Below, piece after piece: positions 31,547 through 41,814 of a stretch of DNA of 64,000 nt (position 1 is the stretch's first letter; each line of letters starts with the position of its first letter). Below the pieces are notes generated by a model that was not told where the DNA came from, searched no databases, and saw nothing but the letters and a program-made list of their open reading frames with translations. This stretch comes from Naegleria gruberi (Eukaryota), in assembly GCA_000004985.1 (NCBI GenBank), contig GG738925.1. One strand, 5' to 3'. The position numbers were made by a program, and so were the translations under genes.

Positions 31547-33131
31547 ATGTCAGCATCACAAATAGAAGCAAAAGAGGATCAGAGAGCACAAATCGTGATT
31601 CCTATTAATAAAAACTTGAGTAAACACGTTTGGATTAGAGGCTTTACCAATTACAACATCAGTAGACAGACAACAAATGCAGGAATGATTTTTCTTCCCT
31701 CTCCGATTTCATCAAGAAGGAAAACCAAAGTAGCCTTCGGATCAACAGATTATTTTGAGAAATTAAATGTTGAACGGTTATATTCATTCATGGGATATGA
31801 TACTTGGTATTCTAATATAGTAGAGGTTCCGTTTATTGAATTTTCAAGATTGTCATTGTTTGATGATTCGGAATCTTCAGAAGAAATGAATGATCAAGCA
31901 GTAGAGAATGTAGATAATGTAAAGAATGTAGAGAATGTAATGGTTGATGATCTTGTTGAGGATGAATATTTGAATGATGATGATGAATGGATGGACGATG
32001 ATGTTGATGATGAATCATCTGTAATAGAGATTGTGCCAGTTAATGTTGAAGCAAGTGTGGCTGAACAAGTTAAGGAAATGAGAGCCGAGCAAGAGAAAAT
32101 TAGATTTAGAAAATTAATACAGCCAAAACAATTGCTGTCGACAAATTTCAGTGGTACATATTATCCACCTGGAAGAATATTTCAATCAGTTTGTATTGAT
32201 GAAAGGAATAATAATGTTTATGTTTATGGAGGATTTTCAGGGAATAGATCTCCTTGTTCTCTCATTACAAGATTTTCAATTGAAGGTAACGAATTAAAAG
32301 TTGAGGATTTAACTGATTCTTTCCAATTAGTAGAAGCAACAGAAGCCAAAGACAAGCTTGGTAAAACACCTTTCAGAGAGGGACATACGGCAGTAATAAG
32401 GAAAGGAAAAATGTATGTTTTGGCAGGAAATGCTCAACGAACAGGAACTTTTGAAAAGGAATTGTTGGAATTTGATTTGGAAAAAGGAAATATCAAACCC
32501 TACCAGACAATTTGCCTAGGAAAACCATTCACACCAAGAGCTTATCACTCTGCTACATATATTGAAAAACGAGATGTCATGTGTGGTACGTTTTTTATTC
32601 CTTGTCAAGGTATATTAATTTTAATCTGGACAATATTCATCAATAGTTTATGGAGGTAAGATGAAGCCAGGATTACAGTCAGGGGTTTCGAATGAACTAT
32701 TCTTGTTTCATTTTCAAACTCATACTTGGGAAAATATTGAGCTTAGAGATTTCATTTTCCCACCTCTTTCAGGTCATTACATTTTCAAAATTAATAATGA
32801 TAATATAGGGATCATAGGAGGAGTGTCAAAACCATACTCGGAAGAAAAAGAAGATTTAAATTCAAATCTATTTGTTTACAACTTGGAGTATAATTCATTT
32901 TCGGCCATAGATTTGGGACCTTATGGATTCAATGGGAGATATAGCATGCCAGCAGCTTTCAGTGCATCAAATCAACTATTAGCTATTGGGGCTGGAAACA
33001 CCAGTTACAGAGAGGGTGATTTTACAGTCATTTATTTTGAAACTGTGGAAACCAATAGCGAACATTTTGTCAAACCATTGTTGTTGAATTCCTTTGACGA
33101 TGTATCAATAATTTGTCAAACTATGGAATAA
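31547..33131 (+). CDS. Kelch-repeat protein with acidic N-terminal region. Exons join(31547..32585,32647..33131).
   Basis: Kelch-type repeats NNVYVYGGFSG, HTAVIRKGKMYVLAGN, PRAYHSATYIEKRDVMC|VYGGKMKPG, FHFQTHTWENIEL and NNDNIGIIGG. The 61-nt intron TGT G|GTACGT...CAATAG|TT joins two ORFs within a Kelch blade. Confidence 0.7.
32586..32646 (+). other. intron (61 nt) of Kelch-repeat gene
   Basis: GTACGT...AATAG. Phase 1. Reconstitutes the Kelch motif DVMCVYGG. Confidence 0.7.
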
Positions 33132-33208
33132 ATTCATCTGTACAGTTTGGAATCAGTGACAATTTATGAAGGACAATTTACTTTAGACACTAGTTCATGC
33201 TGTAATTT

Positions 33209-34361
33209 CTAAATATCACTTTCTCCAGCAACGAGTTTAGTTAATTGTTTCATTTCGAGAATGTAATTGAGTCCTTCATCACGAAACTTATTTGCAGAAA
33301 TATCAAGATTCCTTAATTGTTTCATGAGACTAATATACTTAGCTCCCTCATTACCAATAGAATTAAAGGAAATATCAAGTTTTGTTAATTGGTTCATATC
33401 ACTAACATGCTTTGCTCCTTCATCACCAATATAATTATCACAAATGTTGAGATTAGTCAATTGTTTCATTTGTTGACTAATAACTCTTGCTCCTTCATCA
33501 CCAATATCATTCGTGAAACACGAAAGTTTGGTCAACTGTTTCATTCCACAAATGTATTCCATTCCATTCACCAAAATTATTGGCACCGATATTTAGAACA
33601 GTCAATTGTTTCATTTCACTAACGAGTTTCACTCCGTCATCATCAAATATATTTGCAGAAATATTGAGATTGGTCAATTGTTTCATACCACTAAGATGTA
33701 CCACTCCTTGATTACCAATCTTATTGATACAAACATTGAGTTTTGTTAATTGATCCAATTCAGAAATATATTTTGATCCCTTGTCACGAATATTATTTCC
33801 AGAAATATTGAGACTGGTTAATTGTTTCATTGTACTAATATATTCAGCTCCAAAATCATTAATTCTGTTATATGCAATTTTAAGCACTCTCAGTTGTTTC
33901 ATTTCACATATGGATTTAGCTCCCTGATCACATATATCATGATTACTAATATCTAGCATTGTTAATCCTTTCAAATTCTTAATGGAATAAGACAGTTTCT
34001 TATAAACTTTTTCATTATTAATGGAAGACCTTGCAACTTTTAATTTGTAAATATTTTGTAAAAATCTTCCCTCCATTTTCTTGATACAATCACTTTTACA
34101 AATTAATGAAAGTTTCATTCTTTCCAAAATAACAGTCAACCACTGTTTGGAAACGAGTGCACAATTCAACACTAGAAAATTAAAATCATGAAAAGAAAAT
34201 ATTTCACACAAAATATCGGCATAGAAAAGTGGAATATCTTCCTTCAGCTTTTTTGTTTCGGGTGATGATTGATTACAGTTTGATGGATCGAATACTTCTC
34301 TTGTTCGTTTGCTCATTTTTTTTTGATTGTAATTGATCAAACCTTTTTGTAATTGACTCAC
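33209..34361 (-). CDS. F-box plus leucine-rich-repeat (RNase-inhibitor-type LRR) protein. The reading frame is shifted once near 33556..33575.
   Basis: N-terminal F-box-like segment DIPLFYADILCEIFSFHDFNFLVLNCALVSKQW. Roughly 24-aa repeats of the form LxISxNxIGDEGAKYISxMKQLTxL continue across both ORFs (33507..34361 and 33209..33586). The frames switch inside the tandem GAATGGAATGGAATAC. Confidence 0.6.
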
Positions 34362-34817
34362 GAATAATCGTGTTAAATGACTGATGATAAAATTGCAAGA
34401 TCTAATGTTCTGTTCTTTGAGTTAAAGCTTCCGAATAAACAGAATTAACAGAGTATGGGTTGGAGGACCTCTCTAATTATGATGATAGTATTGGGAATTG
34501 TTGTTAGGTATTTAGCTTAGTATGTTGCGGAACTTCTCTTAATTCTTTTGCGACCAAAATCAGTAATTTGTCAATTTGGATTTGATTGGAAGATGCAAAC
34601 AACATTCAAGAAAATTGTGACTATTAATTCAACAATCTAATTGAATCTTAAATATTGTAAAAACAGATTGGATTGTTGAACAAGAAAAACAACATTAAAA
34701 AAATCACACAACTACGATCAAACCCTCTATCTGAACCAAAACTCAAAATCATCGAGTGCATTGTTTATACCATATTTGGAATATTACTATTCTTGCAAGT
34801 TAAAAGTTATTGTAAAA

Positions 34818-36725
34818 ATGTTATCTCATTACTCTAAATTAAGTATCATAACCTTCGTGGTCTTTCTCCGCCTTGTTATGATCACCAATGCTTACTTGCC
34901 TTACACTGAGACTCATCCAATGAAATTTGACACACAATTCTCCATTTCCCTTACTAGCTCAAACACTATACTAAAGCCAGGTCCAATTACTAGATATTCT
35001 GATGCATACGAAAAGGCAATTGCTTTCTTTAGAAATCAGTATGGTCTCGATATTGCTGGAAATGGCACTCGTTTGCCATCTGGTTGTGGGCTATTTACAG
35101 GAACCAATTCTGAATATGTTGTCAATTATGCCAAAGTTCGTGGTTTTCAAATTGTGGCTGGTAGTCAGGATGTTGGAGTCCATGAGGATTCGTTCAGAAT
35201 TGTGGTAAGTGGGCCGATTGTTTCGAATGGAAATTATGGAAAGAATGGCGCCTTAATTGATTCAAATTCAGTTTTACATTTTGGATTTTATACCTTCTTT
35301 TGGAGAAGTAATGGAACAGTTCTATTTCCAAGAGTAATTTACTCTGGAATGATGCCAATCAAGGTCAATTCTAATTCTTCCATGATTAATTTCCAATTGA
35401 CGTCCAGTTTATTTGGTCAAGGATATGCTCGTGGTTCTATTTTACAAAGAACTAATCCACAAAATGGAAAATTGTTTACAACCATTATCAGTTCTCATTC
35501 CTACCAAATGTCAATCACTGATTTCTCTCCAAAATGTTCAGTAATTACCTCTGAAAAGGATATCTTCAATGAGGATATTGTAATCAAGTGGAATAATGTG
35601 CTATTGAGTGTGATTCGTGATTTGAAGGTATCTGCTCCAATAGCTTCAAGACAATTGGCTATTCTTCACTCTGCTATTGATGATTCGCTGGTTGACTGTA
35701 AGAATTTCTCTTCAAATTGCTCTCGTTCCACTTTAGTGTCCATTATTTCACATGCTGCTAGTCGAGTATTGAAAAGTTTATACCCAACTCAAATAGATTG
35801 TTTCAATGCTGCTTTGAAAAGTGCTTTAGAATGCAATGAATGCAAAGAAGTATCCATTCCTTATTTGGAAAATATCGGAAAGCCAGGAATTTTGGCAGCT
35901 GACAGAATATTAAAAGAAAGACAAGATGATGGAAGTTTGGACTTTACAGAATATCATTTCTCTGATGGTTTTATGAATTATCAATCACATGCTCCAAACT
36001 TTGTAAGAATTCCACTACTTCCTCATTGGTCAACTGTAAAACCATTTGTCATTCAAAATGCTTCATTGTATGATCAAGGACCACCTCCACCAATTGACTC
36101 ACCAATATTTGAAAAAGATTACAATGAAACTCTTCATTTTGGAAGAGAAGATTCGAGTGTGAGAACTCAAGATCAAAGAAAAATTGCGTTATTTTGGGCT
36201 GATGGAGCTGGAACGAGTACTTCACTCGGACATTGGCTCATTATTTTACAAAACATTATTCGAAATCAGAATATTAAGGATACCTTTCGAATATCTACCT
36301 TATTTAAAGTATTGACAATTACAATGGCAGATGCTGCAATTGTTTGTTGGAATCACAAGTATAAGTACAATGCCTTTCGTCCAATCACAGTCATAACTGA
36401 AAGAGAAAGCAATGAATGGTCACCACTCTTGTCAACTCCTGCATTTCCTGAATATTCTTCAGGTCACTCAACTCTATCTGCTGCTGCTTCGACAGTATTG
36501 AGCTTATTATTTGGCTCTGACGAAATATCCTTTGAGAGCGTTTCTGAGGGTCTAATTCACACCATTCGAAAGTTCACTAAATTATCAGAGGCAGCCAAAG
36601 AAGCTGGCAAGTCAAGAATTTATGGTGGAATTCACTTTGAATATGCCAATCAAGCAGGGTTCGGTTCTGGCATTGCCATTGCTCAAACCGTCTTTCACAA
36701 ATTATGCAATTTTACCACGTGTTAA
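34818..36725 (+). CDS. Secreted PAP2-superfamily protein, vanadium-haloperoxidase/acid-phosphatase-like
   Basis: Signal-peptide-like MLSHYSKLSIITFVVFLRLVMITNA. C-terminal catalytic signature KYKYNAFRP (KxxxxxxRP), PEYSSGHS (PSGH) and SRIYGGIHFEYAN (SRxxxxxH). ATG in an A-rich context at 34818 within ORF 34761..36725. Confidence 0.7.
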   Translation: MLSHYSKLSIITFVVFLRLVMITNAYLPYTETHPMKFDTQFSISLTSSNTILKPGPITRYSDAYEKAIAFFRNQYGLDIAGNGTRLPSGCGLFTGTNSEYVVNYAKVRGFQIVAGSQDVGVHEDSFRIVVSGPIVSNGNYGKNGALIDSNSVLHFGFYTFFWRSNGTVLFPRVIYSGMMPIKVNSNSSMINFQLTSSLFGQGYARGSILQRTNPQNGKLFTTIISSHSYQMSITDFSPKCSVITSEKDIFNEDIVIKWNNVLLSVIRDLKVSAPIASRQLAILHSAIDDSLVDCKNFSSNCSRSTLVSIISHAASRVLKSLYPTQIDCFNAALKSALECNECKEVSIPYLENIGKPGILAADRILKERQDDGSLDFTEYHFSDGFMNYQSHAPNFVRIPLLPHWSTVKPFVIQNASLYDQGPPPPIDSPIFEKDYNETLHFGREDSSVRTQDQRKIALFWADGAGTSTSLGHWLIILQNIIRNQNIKDTFRISTLFKVLTITMADAAIVCWNHKYKYNAFRPITVITERESNEWSPLLSTPAFPEYSSGHSTLSAAASTVLSLLFGSDEISFESVSEGLIHTIRKFTKLSEAAKEAGKSRIYGGIHFEYANQAGFGSGIAIAQTVFHKLCNFTTC

Positions 36726-36872
36726 AAAAACGCATTGTAAAAACAATAACTCTGTTTTGTAACATTCTATTTTTTTCCAGCATTTTCTAGATTCCCGCCA
36801 AAACGGTGAACTTACAATTTTTTGTTCATCGGTATTGCGTTGTTTCTAACTCTCAACTTCACTTTTTAAAAA

Positions 36873-39800
36873 ATGTCTGCAACATCAGCTGCCTCAACAT
36901 CCGACAATACAAAGAAGAGAAAAACATCATTGATGATGGAAGCCTCGGAGGCTACTGAAATTTTTGAAAATGATCAGAATGAAAAGTTGATTGATGAAAT
37001 TTCTGATGCGTTGCATAGATTGTCCCTCCAGAAGCAAACTGAAGAAATGATCAAGAAATTGGTCGAGCAAAAAGATCAAACAAGTGGTGAGAGTAAGAAA
37101 TCATCCACTTTTGATAAACTTGCAATTCTTCAACAAATGCAACAGGAAGAGATGGTAGTGTTAAAAGTTGGTGGTATGTTGTGTGAAATTGTATTTTTAA
37201 CAATCAATTTATTATGATGATTGACAGGTAAATTCTTTTATACAACAATGAAAACTTTGATGGGTGAAAGAGGTAACTCTAAAGTTCAAACAAAGAAAAT
37301 TATTATTGCTGATAAAGTTGGTAAAGCAACTGCTGGTAAGAAGAGAGGTGAAGATGAAGAAGATGAAGAAATGGATGAAGGTGGCGATGAAGAAGGTGGT
37401 GATGAAATGGATGAAGATGGTGAAAGACCAAAAGAAGACGGTATCTCATCACTTGAATATGTTTGTGCTCAAGATAACTTGTTTAAAGTCATGTTTGATT
37501 CTGGTTTTGGTATTGAAAGAGATGAAGCAAACAAGTCTGCAATTTCATTCCCTGACAGAAATCCAGATTATTTCGAATATATTTTAGAACACTTAAGACA
37601 AGGTGGTAAAGTTAAATCTTTGGGTATTGAAAAGTTGAATGCTGACGAATTAGAAAATATTTTAGAAGAATCAAGATATTTTGCAACTGAAAAGTTATCA
37701 GAATATATCTTATTCTTACTTGACAAGTATCACAAATATGATTCAAATTTATCTAATTATGCTGAAATTGAAGAAATTTTGAATGATTCTGTACAAAATT
37801 TGAAAAAGGTTGAAATTCCACTCGAACAAATTCAACAAAGACTCAAATCATTTGAAGATTCAATCAACGAATCCAAGAAGAGTGTTGGTGAATATTCACG
37901 CAAATTGGTTGAACAATATCAAAACTTTATTTTAGGTACTGATTTAGAAAGTGATTTATCTGTAAAGATTGATGTTTCAGGTCAAATTTTCACAATTCCA
38001 TTCACAAGTTTGAGAAAGTATGAGAATTTCCTCCTTTCAAAATACATCTTATCACCAAACTTTGGTTTAAATGAAAATGGTTGTGTATTTATTGATAGAA
38101 ATCCAAAGTTATTTGCCCTTATTCATGGTTACATTATCAGTGGTGGTAAATTTAATCATTTCCCAAAGAATCTTTCACAAGAAAAGAAACTTCAATTGAA
38201 ACAAGAAGCTGAATTCTATGGTTTGACAACACTTGTTCAAGAATATCTTGATCCACTTCGTTATCCAGTTGAAAAGATTGGTAAAGATAATATTGAATTG
38301 AAAGAAAAGGAAGATAAATTGAGAGAAATCTTTGCAAAGGAAAGAGAATCACCATTATTGAATGATCCATATCTTTTATTATCACCCCTCTTCCAAAATT
38401 TAGAAGAAATTAAGAATCAAGAAAAGTATAGAATTGATATTGGTCACTGTCCAAAATTATTAGATTTAACAGATAAGACTAGATATTCTAGACAAGTTTC
38501 TAAACCAAGACTTGTTAATAATTTGAATGGTTTCAAATTGAATTGGCATAGATTCACTCAAGGTGCTTTGGATGGTCTTGATTGGAATAATGTTTTTGCT
38601 GCAGGTGGCGGTATTCTTGGTTGTTGTTTGAAAGATGATAATTTTGATAATAATACTGCAGTCTCAACAATTTATCCAACTTCTGTTAATGAAAGAACTG
38701 AAACAAATACTTCAAGAGCAGTATCAGTCATTGATGATGAAAATGATGAAAATGAAGCTGCTGATTTTGGTTTTTGGAGAAGATTTTCAAAGAAGGCAAC
38801 AACTAAATCTACAGGTGAAGAAGGAGATGAAGAAGAGGAAGAAGAAACAGAACAAAAACAAGAAGTTATTAGCAAGTATCCAATTGGTAGATTCCACAAT
38901 TTAGATTCTATGGGTAATTCTACTTTATACAGTCAATATAGCAGTCATTCCTATGCAAGTCTTGATCAAAGAAAGGCCCGTTCCTCTGAACTTGCTAAAA
39001 CTATTTCTGAATCCACTACCTCAAACAAGGAAAATGCTCGTTTTATCCCTGATGCCAACATTCCTGCTCCATTTAAAAAATCAGATATCGATCTTTTCTT
39101 ATATGCTTTGAGTGAAGAAGAAGCTGAAGAAAAGATTAAACATATTTATCAAACTATCAAGAAGAATATGAGTAGAAGATTATTAATGAATTATGCTGGA
39201 GATAAGATGGAACATAAGGGCTACTATTCTCATTTGAAGGATGAAGAGAAAGCTAAATGTATTTATCAAGATGGTATTATTAGAACTGAAGAAGGTACTT
39301 TGATCAATGATGACGTTTTGGTTGTTAGAACTAAATTTGCTGTCACATTCTATTGTTACAAACTCAGACCAATTCAAGTTGTTTTGAGAATTTACAAATC
39401 ACCTGCAGAAGTTTTGTTAGGTTTTGATATTGATTGTGCAACTATGGGTTTTGATGGAAATCAAGTTTGGTCAAGTGCAAGAGCAAGAAGAGCTTTAATG
39501 TATCATACTAATCTTGTTGATGTTGATAGACAATCTACAACTTATGAATATAGATTGTACAAGTATAGTAAGAGAGGTTTCTCTGTTTCAATTCCAGGTT
39601 ATGATACTGCTAAAGTTCAAAATCAATTGTTACAATATCCACGTAGATTCCCATTCACTTCAACTGAATATTTGTTGCACGGTTTAGCAAGACTTATTGC
39701 TTTTGATAATTCTTGTCGTGCTAAGAATCCAAAACATATTTTAGGTGTTTATGATGATCGTGATCCAAATGCAGCTCAATTAAGAGAAGAAAATAAGGCT

Positions 39801-40787
39801 CTCATCCTTTCTGGTGAATTGAATGTAAAGTCAGACTATCTTGATTTGAATATTATCAAATCATATAAGTATCCTCCAAGCTTTATCTTTACTACTTTAG
39901 AAAAGACTCGTCAGATTGTATCACTTATTAATTTGAAACCTGAAGAACAAAGAGACATTAAGAATTGGCGTGATAGAGAAAAGATTAGAAGAACTTTCAG
40001 AAAAGGAGAAAGTGTTAAATTTGATAGTAGATTGAAAAATAATACTAATATCAAAATGGAAAGAGATCCAGATTGGAAACCTCACTTTATTTATTCTTTG
40101 AATGATATTGATACTGTTCTCAATAGTGAAAAGTTTGATGCAAGAATCTCCAACAAGATTCAATTCCTTACCGTTGATCCAGGAACTCAGAAAATTGGTT
40201 CCTTCCATCCAAAGGATATTAACTTTTATAGAGATGCCTATCAACCAGTTCCATTCTCTAAATTACCAATTTTGAAGGAAGCCAAGATGAGAACTGTTTG
40301 GTTCAAGGCAATGACTGAACTCCCTCCTCAACATGTTATCGACGAAAGAGAAAAACATGTTAAGGAAAATACAAACCAATACGGTTTTTATAATGATAAT
40401 AAGGATTACACCAAGGATCCATTCGAAGAAAGATATCAAAAATTCTCAATGTCCAGACCAAATCCAAATTCACAAAACATCTATGACAAGTGGGTTCAAG
40501 AAGAAATTTGGTTTGAAGCATTCACACCAGAAGAAAGCAACAAGATTGAACAAGAGTTTAGAAAGTTTATTGTTTATGGAAATCCTGAAAGCTTTGCAAT
40601 TTCAGGATCTGAACTTATTGACTTCTCCTATTGGAGACTCTTCCTTGATAGTAACCATCCAACTCATCCAAACACTGCTGCTGCCTTGCATAGAAAGAAT
40701 TTCTGTGAATCTGGTCATTACTTTGGAGGAATTGATGAAGATCAAGTTGGTACTGTTACAACCCTCTCTTACAGATCTTTCTATTAA
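36873..40787 (+). CDS. Large protein with two T1/BTB (K-channel-tetramerisation-type) domains. Exons join(36873..37173,37228..40787).
   Basis: A 54-nt intron GGT G|GTATGT...TGACAG|GT joins ORFs 36873..37217 and 37221..40787 (the second starts at TTG in the track). T1/BTB-like segments FKVMFDSGFGIERDEANKSAISFPDRNPDYFEYILEHLRQGG and VKIDVSGQIFTIPFTSLRKYENFLLSKYIL...GCVFIDRNPKLFALIHGYIISGG. Acidic D/E tracts. The remaining roughly 800 aa are unassigned. Confidence 0.65.
37174..37227 (+). other. intron (54 nt)
   Basis: GTATGT...GACAG. Phase 1. Both sides encode Gly. Confidence 0.65.
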
Positions 40788-40879
40788 ACAACTCAATAAA
40801 TATTGATATTATCCAATATTATATAAATTATTTAAATATTAAATATTGTGCAGTCCAATTTTGATTGATTTATGTTAAA

Positions 40880-41518
40880 TTAGTCTAAAATATGGAACAC
40901 TTCAATTTCCTTAACCATAAAATCATCTCCGCTGAAATATCTCTGCTTCTTACCAGGTAATCTATTCTGAGGAAGAATGTGCAACTCAACATCCTCTTGA
41001 CTCGATGAATATTTCACATCTGACTGATCAGAAATCCAAAAACAATAAGCATATGAAAGTAACAATGTACTATCATAGGTAACAAGTGGACATTCTGCCT
41101 TATCCTCTTCTAAATGAAAGATATAACACTTGTCATTCTCTAATCTGAAAGTAAACGATTAATCATCCCTTATAAGAATTCCCTTCTCAAAATCATCACA
41201 ATTCGAAGCCAAATCTCTTGTAGCATAAAAACCAAATAAATCATCCTGGTCTGATTTGATGATTGTAACAGTTTTCAATTTTCCATCACAATGTCTATGA
41301 AAATCAGCACTTCGGAAACCATCTCTAGTGGCTCTGAAAAGAAGCTTTGGCATTAACATTGTACAATTATTTAATTCTGCAGACATGCGAAATAATTGTA
41401 AATATTGAGAATGAGTGATGATTTGACTATCTAGTTTTGTTTTTAAATGATCTTTCAAAAGGCTTGATTTAAAATTTGCGTCGAGAGAAAGGGAAACACT
41501 GCTGTCATTTAATTCCAT
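40880..41518 (-). pseudogene. TLDc-domain gene interrupted by a single in-frame TAA (stop codon 41159..41161). Either a pseudogene or a base-call error.
   Basis: ORF 41159..41518 (…LLFRATRDGFRSADFHRHCDGKLKTVTIIKSDQDDLFGFYATRD…GILIRDD*) and ORF 40880..41065 are in the same frame. The 93 nt between them are open and encode SFTFRLENDKCYIFHLEEDKAECPLVTYDST, which continues the TLDc fold. No GT donor is available for an intron spanning the stop. Confidence 0.45.
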
Positions 41519-41814
41519 TTTTTTTTAAAATTCCAATTGTTGAACTACAGTCTTCACCACCCCTTGAGAGATACTAAAGAAATGAGATAAAAAATTAGTG
41601 TGAAATATGTGCGAAAAGCTAAAGAGAATCATTTCCAAAAATCCTTGCTTAAGGTACAACAATTGGGATATATTAATAAATATGACTTCTCTAGTTTTTC
41701 ACCACACTAATCGCTTTCATACCTACCTAATTCGTACTGTTAGCACAATATTCGGTTGATTAAATCACCTGTGCACTTTTCTAAAATATCATTAACTGGC
41801 TCCAAAAGTCAACA

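Noticed and set aside
31900-31960. The GAATGTA/GATAATGTA short tandem in the Kelch gene and similar codon-level repeats (for example 45721..45760 GATGATGAT)
   Set aside because: They are coding microsatellite-like repeats producing NVENV / DDDDD tracts. They are common in this genome and not independent elements.
37264-38904. ORFs 37264..37587 and 38635..38904 (Lys/Met-rich peptides) and their minus-strand overlaps
   Set aside because: They are off-frame readings of GAAGATGAA acidic repeats in the T1/BTB gene.
41156-41175. Placing the TLDc in-frame stop inside an intron ending TTTCAG
   Set aside because: There is no GT dinucleotide upstream within the open frame that could act as a donor without destroying conserved TLDc residues.
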